Shown one piece after another: positions 9,352-16,459 of a stretch of 64,000 nt of DNA. Both the position numbers and the translations under genes were made by a program. The notes beneath the pieces were generated by a model. It was not told where the DNA came from, made no database searches, and worked only from the letters and a program-made list of their open reading frames with translations. Position 1 is the first letter of the stretch. Every line of letters starts with the position of its first letter. Source of the DNA: a virus; IMG/VR virus record IMGVR_UViG_3300005096_000005, positions 1 through 64,000 of that record. One strand, 5' to 3'.

Positions 9352-10689
9352 ATGATTCTAATCGATGGTATAACACCGATTCGGATAGTAGATGTACCAG
9401 GGTACAGGCTGAAAGCGGCGGTTACAAAGTCAATGGGGCAACCATTCCTGCTTGATCTAAGAGAAGTTATATCAAAGCGGATAACACCATTACAAGACGA
9501 CACTCAGGCCATAAGCAAGGCAGGGCTAAATGCTATCGAATCCGGTATAATGACCACTCTGACACCGGATAGTGACGAGGATGTATGTGTTGTGTGCTAT
9601 TATTATCCGGAGAATGATGACAGCGGGTTGCGCTCCTTGCTTATCGAACGGGCATGCCTTACTATAGGCCAGGGAATCGGTCAGCTCATTCACGGGTTCA
9701 ATGATCAGAGAAACTTTCTCTATGAATGTTTTCCGGAGCTGAGAGGAAAGATCCGAAGTGGTAGCAACCTACAGGGCGTAAACGCAGTGATTACAAGCCA
9801 GCAGAAGAAACTTGCTGTTCGGAAGTATCTGGCTACTCAAACAACAGAGATGCTGGCTTTGCAAGCAAAGATCGATTCAACCTCTCTCATCGCAGTAAGC
9901 AATGACTTTATAGAGGACAAAGTCGGTGTGGACTCTGAATTCCCATTGCTCAGGCCGGTTACTCTAATGGCATCGAACCAGAAGCCACTGTGTACTGGAT
10001 ATGTTGGCAGTCTCCAGGAACAGTCCTTCACTCATGTTGGCAACGTCCGTGTGTACTTTCCGGACCAGGCGTCCGAATACTATATCTGCATTATAGACAC
10101 TGGAGATGGCGCAGACGGCGGGGGTAGGTTCGACACGAGGGTTATCGAAAGTGTTGAAGAGGTAGAAGATGTCGTAAGGGAGTCTCATGGCGATGTTAAA
10201 CTCTATGCAAATGAGAACGTAAACGATATCGAGAGCCACTACCAGATGCCATCTTTTACAACGACTGTAGGCCGTGCTCAATGCAACTTCATTAAGTCCA
10301 GCAGCACTATTGTGGAAATGAAGGAGGTATGCAAAAGCCTCGGAATCGCCGGATACAGTGGGAAGGATAGAGATCAGCTCACTGAGATGATCGCAGAATT
10401 CCTTACTGTAAACTATGAGAACGAACAGACGCTTTATGGGAACTACATGACCAGGAAGGTATTCGTACGCAACGATGAGGGAAATGTTCCTGATATTGTT
10501 GGAAGAATAAGTGCCGATAGTGTGTATCTGGCAGACCGCGAGTGTATTATTCCAGAGGTCAAGTTGAACACGTGCTATGAGGTAGTAGACATCTTGAATC
10601 CATACGAGGCTGGCTTTCAATATGTGAGTGATGATTATGAGGAGGATTCCAGAAGACTTCGGGAGGCAAACAGACGTGCAACAGCATAA
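9352..10689 (+). CDS. Hypothetical protein with Rho-N-like helix-extension-helix motif
   Basis: TIVEMKEVCKSLGIAGYSGKDRDQL resembles Rho-N/HeH; GGAGG SD. Confidence 0.55.
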   Translation: MILIDGITPIRIVDVPGYRLKAAVTKSMGQPFLLDLREVISKRITPLQDDTQAISKAGLNAIESGIMTTLTPDSDEDVCVVCYYYPENDDSGLRSLLIERACLTIGQGIGQLIHGFNDQRNFLYECFPELRGKIRSGSNLQGVNAVITSQQKKLAVRKYLATQTTEMLALQAKIDSTSLIAVSNDFIEDKVGVDSEFPLLRPVTLMASNQKPLCTGYVGSLQEQSFTHVGNVRVYFPDQASEYYICIIDTGDGADGGGRFDTRVIESVEEVEDVVRESHGDVKLYANENVNDIESHYQMPSFTTTVGRAQCNFIKSSSTIVEMKEVCKSLGIAGYSGKDRDQLTEMIAEFLTVNYENEQTLYGNYMTRKVFVRNDEGNVPDIVGRISADSVYLADRECIIPEVKLNTCYEVVDILNPYEAGFQYVSDDYEEDSRRLREANRRATA

Positions 10690-10978
10690 CCTGATAAGGG
10701 CATTATTCGAGCTGGATGGGATAGATATTCCTGATTACATTGAAGGTCTTGGACAAGAAGATCGCCGGCACCTCTACCATATTGCTGTACAACAGGTTAT
10801 AATGGAGGTCCTGGTGTCTGCTGGTGTCACAACTCCACAGGGTTTATCCATGCAAATAGAATCAAAATTGATGGCTATTGCTACGGACCCGGAACTACTG
10901 GAAGAGGCACTGGCATCGACACTTATTATGCCTTATGAGGAGGACAACAATGGCGAAGAAACAAGTAGCCGAAAGTGA
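10628..10978 (+). CDS. Hypothetical protein
   Basis: ORF track; fills gap before recA. Confidence 0.45.
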   Translation: MMIMRRIPEDFGRQTDVQQHNLIRALFELDGIDIPDYIEGLGQEDRRHLYHIAVQQVIMEVLVSAGVTTPQGLSMQIESKLMAIATDPELLEEALASTLIMPYEEDNNGEETSSRK

Positions 10979-12332
10979 AACATCTGAGGTATCACAGGGC
11001 TCTGAGAATGCAAAGGAGTCTATCCTGATTGACAAGTACTCACCATCTGGATGTGAAACAGTTCGATCGATGCTACATCTGTCAACAGATCCTGGGTCAC
11101 CAGATGAGAAGACAGTAGTCCCTTCGGATAGTCCATCGGAAGCATCTCAAGAAGATGACAAAGTAAACGAGCCGACCAAGAAGAAAGCTCCTGCCAAAAA
11201 GAAGAAAGCTAAGAAGGCTAAGAAGACCAAGAAGAAGAAGGAACTCTCCAAGTCGGATAAGCTTCGCAAAGCTCTGATAAAAGAGCATGGCGCGGAGATT
11301 CTTATCAAGCCTGAAGAATATGATAAGGGAGCGATTCCAACAGGCAGTAGAATGCTGGACCTCTCGCTGGGAGAGCAGAGGGGATGGCCGAGAGGTCGTG
11401 TTGCTGAAGTCTATGGTCTCGAGCAGACAGCGAAAACAACCCTATGCCTGCATACAATGAAAGAAGCACAGGCTATGGACCTCGACATTGCGTTTGTCGA
11501 CCTGGAGAAGTTCGATCCGCCGTATGCCAGCAACATCGGAGTGGATGTGGATAAACTCTTCATCTTACGACCCAATGAGAGTTCGCAGATACTGGACACT
11601 GTTATCACTGCCGTACGGAATGGGGCCGACCTGGTCATCGTTGATTCTGTTGCAGCTCTGGCGCCCAAGAAAGAAAAGGAACAGAGCATCGAGAAAGACA
11701 CAGTGGGTATCGTAGCCAAGCAGATGAATAAAGCGCTCAGGAATCTTCTGGACATTACATTCGAAAAGTCTGCCGTCGTTCTCTTCATCAACCAGCTCCG
11801 ATCGGACATCGGCCTGTTTAGTGCAGGTTATGTAACCACAGGTGGACTGGGTCTGCGAGCATTCGGAAGTACCAGGATAGCAATGAAGCGGGCTCTGGCC
11901 ATTCGGGAGAAGAGAGAAGTAATATATGATGAACTCATGGATGAAAATGTCACCAAGATTACTCGCCGGAAAACAGACGCAACGAACTGGTATAAGATGC
12001 CTGAAGTTGGCAGCGGCGTCAAAGCCCATGTGTTCAAAAACAAAGTAGGCGTCCCAAAGAAAGTAGTTGAGCTGGACGTTCTGTTTGGAGTCGGCATCGA
12101 CCAGGAACTGGATACGTTTAAGCTCGGTGTCCACTTTGGAATAATCAAGACTGCAGGCTCCTGGTTCGGGTATCCCGGAGTAGAAGTCCAGGACGGCAAG
12201 GGTAAGACTACTATGCTGAAACTCCAGGACCAGTTCGATATGGTCGACTCCATTATCGAATATGGTAAATGGGATGAGTTCAAAAGGGAGGTAGACGAGG
12301 CATGGATGAACACTGGCACGGCCCGCCTGTAA
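10950..12332 (+). CDS. recA: RecA recombinase with long N-terminal extension
   Basis: IPTGSRMLDLSLG..GWPRGRVAEVYGLEQTAKTT; VIVDSVAAL; FINQLR; KNKVG; GSWF; GAGGAGG SD before ATG 10950. Confidence 0.9.
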   Translation: MAKKQVAESETSEVSQGSENAKESILIDKYSPSGCETVRSMLHLSTDPGSPDEKTVVPSDSPSEASQEDDKVNEPTKKKAPAKKKKAKKAKKTKKKKELSKSDKLRKALIKEHGAEILIKPEEYDKGAIPTGSRMLDLSLGEQRGWPRGRVAEVYGLEQTAKTTLCLHTMKEAQAMDLDIAFVDLEKFDPPYASNIGVDVDKLFILRPNESSQILDTVITAVRNGADLVIVDSVAALAPKKEKEQSIEKDTVGIVAKQMNKALRNLLDITFEKSAVVLFINQLRSDIGLFSAGYVTTGGLGLRAFGSTRIAMKRALAIREKREVIYDELMDENVTKITRRKTDATNWYKMPEVGSGVKAHVFKNKVGVPKKVVELDVLFGVGIDQELDTFKLGVHFGIIKTAGSWFGYPGVEVQDGKGKTTMLKLQDQFDMVDSIIEYGKWDEFKREVDEAWMNTGTARL

Positions 12333-12736
12333 TAGAGAAACACTACCCATTTGAATGTTCAGCAGTACGGGCAATGCTGCATCTTGCAGAGAATGCCGGA
12401 CCGTTTGATGGGAATGAGACGATGGCGATTCTGCGCCGTTCACTGATAGATCTCGTACATAATACGCTTCCGACTCACTGTTATGAAACTGGATGCGGAC
12501 TGCGAGATCTGAAGGACCCTCAAGCTTACGCAGACACTATCCAACAGACTGGAGAGATAAAGCCGAGACTGATCTTTGATCATGGCAATCCAAACTCCAG
12601 TGTTATGTTTGTTGGAGAAGGCCCCGGCATTGGAGAGCGTAACACTTACATCCCATTGGTCGGTGCACCCGAGGTTCAACAGAGCAGATGCGTGGAGTGT
12701 ACAAACTTTGAGACCTGCTTCAGGAACATACTATGA
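12302..12736 (+). CDS. Uracil-DNA glycosylase family 4, N-terminal half (split gene)
   Basis: HCYETGC; FDHGNPNSSVMFVGEGPG..E....PLVG = family-4 motif A. Confidence 0.75.
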   Translation: MDEHWHGPPVIEKHYPFECSAVRAMLHLAENAGPFDGNETMAILRRSLIDLVHNTLPTHCYETGCGLRDLKDPQAYADTIQQTGEIKPRLIFDHGNPNSSVMFVGEGPGIGERNTYIPLVGAPEVQQSRCVECTNFETCFRNIL

Positions 12737-13338
12737 AGAACAAAACGAACGTAGCGATGGCTGGCCTGCTGGGCTGGCCCGGAAAGATGTCTGCCAGAGA
12801 CAAAGGGATTTGTTATATGTCCCTGATGTATTCTCCATATGGTGATGTTGTCCTTCAGATAGCTGAACCTCTTGCTGTAGAACGCAGAGAAGCCAAAGGC
12901 TTTGCACCTCCAAAGGGTGTGAAAATGGTAGCAAACTTCCGTATTGACTTTCTGCAGAAGAATAAAGCTTACGGATGGTTCATGGATGAGAAGGACGGAC
13001 AGGAGATTGTAGTTCCCTGGCAGGAAGACTACTTCGGACACAATGTGAAGCTGCCAAAAACGGAGGATGGCCAGGTATATATTCCTCCGGAGATTGTGCA
13101 GCGCGCTCACGGTGTCCTGGAGGACTGGATAGAACTGGGGGGCAAGTTCCTGCCAGGTCATCTGAAAGAAGAAACACATTCGCTTGATTACAGGCGAATG
13201 AAAACCTATATTATGAGTCTTGGGAGGGCGTATGCCATCAATAAAGGGGGAGCAGCAGTTAAGAAGATTGATCGACGATCTTATGAGCAGGAGTCCTCAC
13301 GGCCTGATGACGAAGCCCTCGCTCAAGAAGATGGTTAG
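12733..13338 (+). CDS. Hypothetical protein inside split UDG
   Basis: ORF track; ATGA overlap; AGGA SD. Confidence 0.6.
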   Translation: MKNKTNVAMAGLLGWPGKMSARDKGICYMSLMYSPYGDVVLQIAEPLAVERREAKGFAPPKGVKMVANFRIDFLQKNKAYGWFMDEKDGQEIVVPWQEDYFGHNVKLPKTEDGQVYIPPEIVQRAHGVLEDWIELGGKFLPGHLKEETHSLDYRRMKTYIMSLGRAYAINKGGAAVKKIDRRSYEQESSRPDDEALAQEDG

Positions 13339-13630
13339 ACATTACATGCCACACCTTAGAGCAATTCCGTACAAGAATATGCTCAAGAAGAGAATCATTA
13401 TCAGTCTGGGCAAGGCAGTTGATGTAGAGTCCGGACAGAGAACAGAGCTCTTCACAAATGTGGAATGCGAAAAGGCGGCCAGGGCATGGTTAAACCACCA
13501 GGCACAGAACCTTAACCGTGACCAGGCTATTGAAGAAAGAAAGAAGGCACACTCGCATGTTCTTACAACCGACAACGTGTTGTCCTCACTTTACAAGAGC
13601 AACAGAGAGTCAGATACAGAAGAATCATGA
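13331..13630 (+). CDS. Hypothetical protein inside split UDG
   Basis: Frame of ORF 13220..13630; ATG 13331 overlaps the previous gene's end. Confidence 0.45.
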   Translation: MVRHYMPHLRAIPYKNMLKKRIIISLGKAVDVESGQRTELFTNVECEKAARAWLNHQAQNLNRDQAIEERKKAHSHVLTTDNVLSSLYKSNRESDTEES

Positions 13631-14108
13631 ACATCTGGCCCGTCAGGGCCTCGGTAACGCCGGAGACATATTCGATCGTCTGCTCAGTGCAGTTGGACTG
13701 GACAGGAATGAGGACTGTTTCATTACCAACATTACTCACTGTCGGCCAAGCCAGAACAGAACACCGACGATTAAAGAAACAACCAACTGCAGTTATGTCT
13801 TGATGTCAGAGATACAACTCATAAAGCCCAGTGTTATCTTCACTCTTGGCGGAGTTGCATCGTCATTCCTGTTAGGTAAACCCAAGGTGTATATGAAAAC
13901 TGACAACGGCAAACTGCTCAGAAACCAGCGTATCAGTGTTCTAACAGGAAAAGACACTCTAATCGTTCCGGTAGTTCACCCAGCCTATGTACTGAGAGCA
14001 AAAGATGAGCCGGAAAAGATGAGAGAAGGAAAAAGAATGATGGGTGATGCGGTAAGGGGAGGACTTCGTGCAATCAACCATCCAAAGCTGAAGGAGCGTG
14101 CACAATGA
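13518..14108 (+). CDS. Uracil-DNA glycosylase family 4, C-terminal half (split gene)
   Basis: GNAGDIFDRLL; FITNITHCRPSQNRTP...C; TLGGVA; HPAYVLR (motif B). Confidence 0.85.
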   Translation: MTRLLKKERRHTRMFLQPTTCCPHFTRATESQIQKNHEHLARQGLGNAGDIFDRLLSAVGLDRNEDCFITNITHCRPSQNRTPTIKETTNCSYVLMSEIQLIKPSVIFTLGGVASSFLLGKPKVYMKTDNGKLLRNQRISVLTGKDTLIVPVVHPAYVLRAKDEPEKMREGKRMMGDAVRGGLRAINHPKLKERAQ

Positions 14109-14527
14109 TAAAGAAAGTCGTCATGGCAGAAGGAAACGATAGCCAGGGGTTCACCTGGACTCGCCAGACCATTCAATCCTGCTGCAATAGGAACCTGGAT
14201 ACAGATCCTATAGACGTTAAACATCCCGCGGGAGATATCAATGATTTCGGGCAGCACATCACGGTAGGCCATGTAAGAATGCTCGAAAACAGGAACACAT
14301 ATATCATTGCTCATATTGAGATGATAGATCCAACGCCAGCGGGTTGTCCTGACATCACGTCAATTATGGAGCATGTAGTATTCAGAGCGATGCTCGACAG
14401 AGCGAACGTGGACCATAGAAAAGTCATTGGGAGTGCCCGTATCGCCTGCATCTTCGTTATACCGAAGGTGGCTGACGCACAATGTCAGTGCCGTATTCAC
14501 GATGACGCCCTAAAGGCACAGAAGTAG
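14105..14527 (+). CDS. Hypothetical protein
   Basis: ORF track; AAGGAG SD. Confidence 0.55.
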   Translation: MIKKVVMAEGNDSQGFTWTRQTIQSCCNRNLDTDPIDVKHPAGDINDFGQHITVGHVRMLENRNTYIIAHIEMIDPTPAGCPDITSIMEHVVFRAMLDRANVDHRKVIGSARIACIFVIPKVADAQCQCRIHDDALKAQK

Positions 14528-14571
14528 ACTTTTTTGCCGGGCAGATAACCTACCAGAAAAACTTTTTGCTC

Positions 14572-14605
14572 AGGGGGTTGACAGTTGCAACCCTCTGTGT
14601 ATAAT
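14572..14605 (+). promoter_or_regulatory. sigma70-type promoter with overlapping inverted repeat
   Basis: TTGACA (14578-83), 16-nt spacer, TATAAT (14600-05); AGGGGGTTG-N7-CAACCCTCT palindrome over the -35. Confidence 0.75.
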
Positions 14606-14655
14606 AATATGCAGATAGCCGATCAGGCGTGCATAGAAAAGAGAGGTGAAGCACA

Positions 14656-14856
14656 ATGTCAGGAACAAGAATAATTGTAAGAATGGAGCGGGAAACCAAA
14701 GAGCTCACTGTGAATCTCCCAACGGACTTCACTGACGAGGGTCTCAGGGAGATCATCGCCTCGGAACTTAATTGCGACACCGGTCGGCTGCAGCCTCTTA
14801 TCATCGAGCGAACACCGAATGGTATCACTCTTCGCGAGGAGGCACCGTTCGGATAA
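14656..14856 (+). CDS. Small ubiquitin-like protein candidate (66 aa, C-terminal ...APFG)
   Basis: GAGGTG SD; beta-beta-alpha-beta-beta pattern; free C-terminal Gly; ThiF/E1 gene in same region. Confidence 0.6.
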   Translation: MSGTRIIVRMERETKELTVNLPTDFTDEGLREIIASELNCDTGRLQPLIIERTPNGITLREEAPFG

Positions 14857-14863
14857 GCATAAC

Positions 14864-14944
14864 GGGTTGGCGCAGGGCGGCGCGAGTTTTCAGGGAAACC
14901 AGGGACACCTGAAGACTATCCGGGATCACGACCCGGGCAACCCA
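14864..14944 (+). ncRNA. tRNA-like RNA with extended anticodon arm, no canonical anticodon
   Basis: GGGTTG/CAACCC terminal stem; GCGC/GCGC D-like stem; 10-bp AGTTTTCAGG/CCTGAAGACT; CCGGG-7nt-CCCGG T-like arm. Confidence 0.55.
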
Positions 14945-14950
14945 CTTTCT

Positions 14951-15103
14951 GTCGCACACACGCAGTAAGCGTACAAACATTGGAGTTAGCTCAAGTGGTT
15001 GAGCATCAGCCTATTAAGCTGAAGGTTGCTGGTTCGAGCCCAGCACCCCAAACCAGTCCCGGGGGACATAAAACACCCATCCGCTTACTACACCAGGTGC
15101 GGC
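14951..15103 (+). ncRNA. Module RNA 1: hairpin module clamped around a complete tRNA
   Basis: GTCGCAC/GTGCGGC and AGTAAGCG/CGCTTACT pair across the tRNA; ACCAG/ACAC loop; GCGTACAAAC. Confidence 0.75.
14980..15055 (+). tRNA. tRNA with anticodon ATT (nominally Asn), encoded CCA
   Basis: TTGGAGT/ACCCCAA; TCAGC-CT ATT AA-GCTGA; TTCGAGC; A73; CCA. Confidence 0.75.
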
Positions 15104-15109
15104 ACACAC

Positions 15110-15262
15110 GCCCGCGTAGCTCAGCTGGCTAGAGCACCTCATAGTTTTCTTAGCTTTGAGCACCAGGTACGGTAAATCTCCGGAGACATCGTACATACGC
15201 CCCAGGCTTACAAACTTACCCTTAGGAGGGGGCGGTCGCAGGTTCGAATCCTGTCGCGGGCA
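15110..15262 (+). ncRNA. Module RNA 2: tRNA-like, module inserted in 5' strand of anticodon stem (residual anticodon TAG)
   Basis: GCCCGCG/CGCGGGC; GCTC/GAGC; module 15143-15216; CT TAG GA GGGGG; T arm GCAGG-TTCGAAT-CCTGT. Confidence 0.8.
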
Positions 15263-15270
15263 CTTAACAT

Positions 15271-15344
15271 TGCGAGGTAGAGCAGCAGGTCAGCTCGGAT
15301 GTCTCATAAGCATCAGGTCACGGGTTCGAATCCCGTCCTCGCAA
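15271..15344 (+). tRNA. tRNA-Met (CAT), initiator-like D arm
   Basis: TGCGAGG/CCTCGCA; GAGC/GCTC; GATGT-CT CAT AA-GCATC. Confidence 0.85.
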
Positions 15345-15433
15345 TAGAAACATCGGCAGTTAAAGGGAGGAAGAAAAGACCCGGAGACTGTGAACCTTGA
15401 TAAGTATATACCAGTCCAGTAATTGCTTTTTAT

Positions 15434-15586
15434 GGGCGTACATACACTGTTGGCTTACAAACCTACGTGGGTTCGAATCCCACTGTCTCCTCCATGGTTT
15501 CGACCCGGAGACATGGCCGAGCGGCTCAAGGCACTTGAATGCGGATCAAGCAATGTTTATTACAGCCAGCTCTACCAGGTACGCCC
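15434..15586 (+). ncRNA. Module RNA 3: circularly permuted tRNA-like RNA (anticodon GCG), YrlA-like topology
   Basis: Termini GGGCGTAC/GTACGCCC; T arm + TGTCTCC-T-CCA precede GGAGACA-D arm-anticodon arm. Confidence 0.8.
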
Positions 15587-15661
15587 CTTTGATGATAATA
15601 TCCCTACCATCCCGGATTGAAACGGATGGAGCCATCGCAGACGGCATGTAGTCTGCCATAT

Positions 15662-15813
15662 GTCCTCGTAGCTCAGCTGGAAGAGCGCTTAGTTGTAGTT
15701 TTGCTTACAGCACCAGGTATGGCGAATCTCCGGAGACGTCGTATAGAAGCTGGAAGCATACAAACATTCTCAATTGGTGAGAGAGGTCGGAGGTTCGAAT
15801 CCTCCCGAGGACG
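15662..15813 (+). ncRNA. Module RNA 4: tRNA-like, module at D-arm/anticodon-arm junction
   Basis: GTCCTCG/CGAGGAC; module ~15692-15765; TTCTC-AATTGGT-GAGAG; GGAGG-TTCGAAT-CCTCC. Confidence 0.8.
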
Positions 15814-15884
15814 TTTTCGAAGTGGTGTAGGTGAACCTAACTGCACAGAAGTCCTGTGTTGACAGAAGCCGCACCACTTCACAC

Positions 15885-16018
15885 GGACGAGGTAACTTCG
15901 TAGCTTGTTACACCCGGTACACTTCGGTGTACATACGTTAGAAGCTTACAAACCTGCGGGAAGGTTCCCGCATCAGCACTTAAAGCTGAAGTTTCCGGTT
16001 CAATTCCGGCCTCGTCCA
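15885..16018 (+). ncRNA. Module RNA 5: tRNA-like, module in D-arm region, loop ACTTAAA
   Basis: GGACGAGG/CCTCGTCC; module 15902-15953; TGCGGGAA/TTCCCGCA hairpin; TCAGC/GCTGA arm; CCGG-TTCAATT-CCGG. Confidence 0.75.
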
Positions 16019-16066
16019 CTCTCGTATATGCATTAGGTCCCGAGTACGACCATAAACTACTTATAT

Positions 16067-16201
16067 GCCCAGGAGCCTCGTGGGAGGCCACTGTTTACAG
16101 CTTGGTGCCCCTGATACGGTATCCGTATACCAGCAGGAAGCTTACAAACAACCGCAGTCTTCGGACGTGCGGCACGGAAAGTTCGACTCTTTCCCTGGGC
16201 G
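16067..16201 (+). ncRNA. Module RNA 6: tRNA-like, module replaces anticodon arm, long variable arm
   Basis: GCCCAGG/CCTGGGC; GCCTC/GAGGC; module 16092-16150; CCGCA..TTCG..TGCGG; GAAAG-TTCGACT-CTTTC. Confidence 0.75.
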
Positions 16202-16321
16202 CTTCAGATACAGGACAACTTTGCTGGCATAGTTGTACACAGAAGGTTCACGAGGGAGGGCCAGCGACCTCCGTGATTAAAGTACAGGTGAAACATACTG
16301 TCGCCTGAAGTATCTGCACCT

Positions 16322-16459
16322 GGGGAGGTAGCTCAGTTTAGTTTACACGCTTGATGCGCCCGGTACAGTTTACTGTACACCAGCTTTAGGCTTACAAACA
16401 CTGGTAAGAGCAAAAGTCTTGAAAACTTTGTGTCGTTGGTTCAATTCCAACCCTCCCCA
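16322..16459 (+). ncRNA. Module RNA 7: tRNA-like, module inserted in D loop (anticodon TGA, short variable loop)
   Basis: GGGGAGG/CCTCCCC; GCTC..module 16341-16399..GAGC; AAAGT-CT TGA AA-ACTTT; GTTGG-TTCAATT-CCAAC. Confidence 0.8.

Noticed and set aside
12731-13529. T4 gene 60-style ribosomal hop as the main explanation for the split UDG
   Set aside because: Matched CTA codons and a stop are present, but ~800 nt with two ORFs is far beyond known bypass lengths; kept only as a minor alternative
15385-15417. Hairpin-ribozyme loop B resemblance (TGAAC/GTATATAC)
   Set aside because: One nucleotide short on each strand and no convincing loop A partner (AGAA with N-GUC)
15383-15494. tmRNA-like TLD using GGAGACT as the 5' strand
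   Set aside because: GGAGACA at 15507 pairs perfectly and brings D and anticodon arms, so the permuted tRNA explains the region better; no tag ORF or G3:U70
15141-16401. Group I/II or BHB-type tRNA introns
   Set aside because: Inserts are only ~55-80 nt, lack P7/domain V cores and bulge-helix-bulge junctions, and two copies are split around the RNA ends
14951-16459. CRISPR array
   Set aside because: The repeated element is ~10 nt plus structure, irregularly spaced and embedded in tRNA folds; there are no identical 25-45 nt repeats; the Cas4-like gene is a solo phage nuclease
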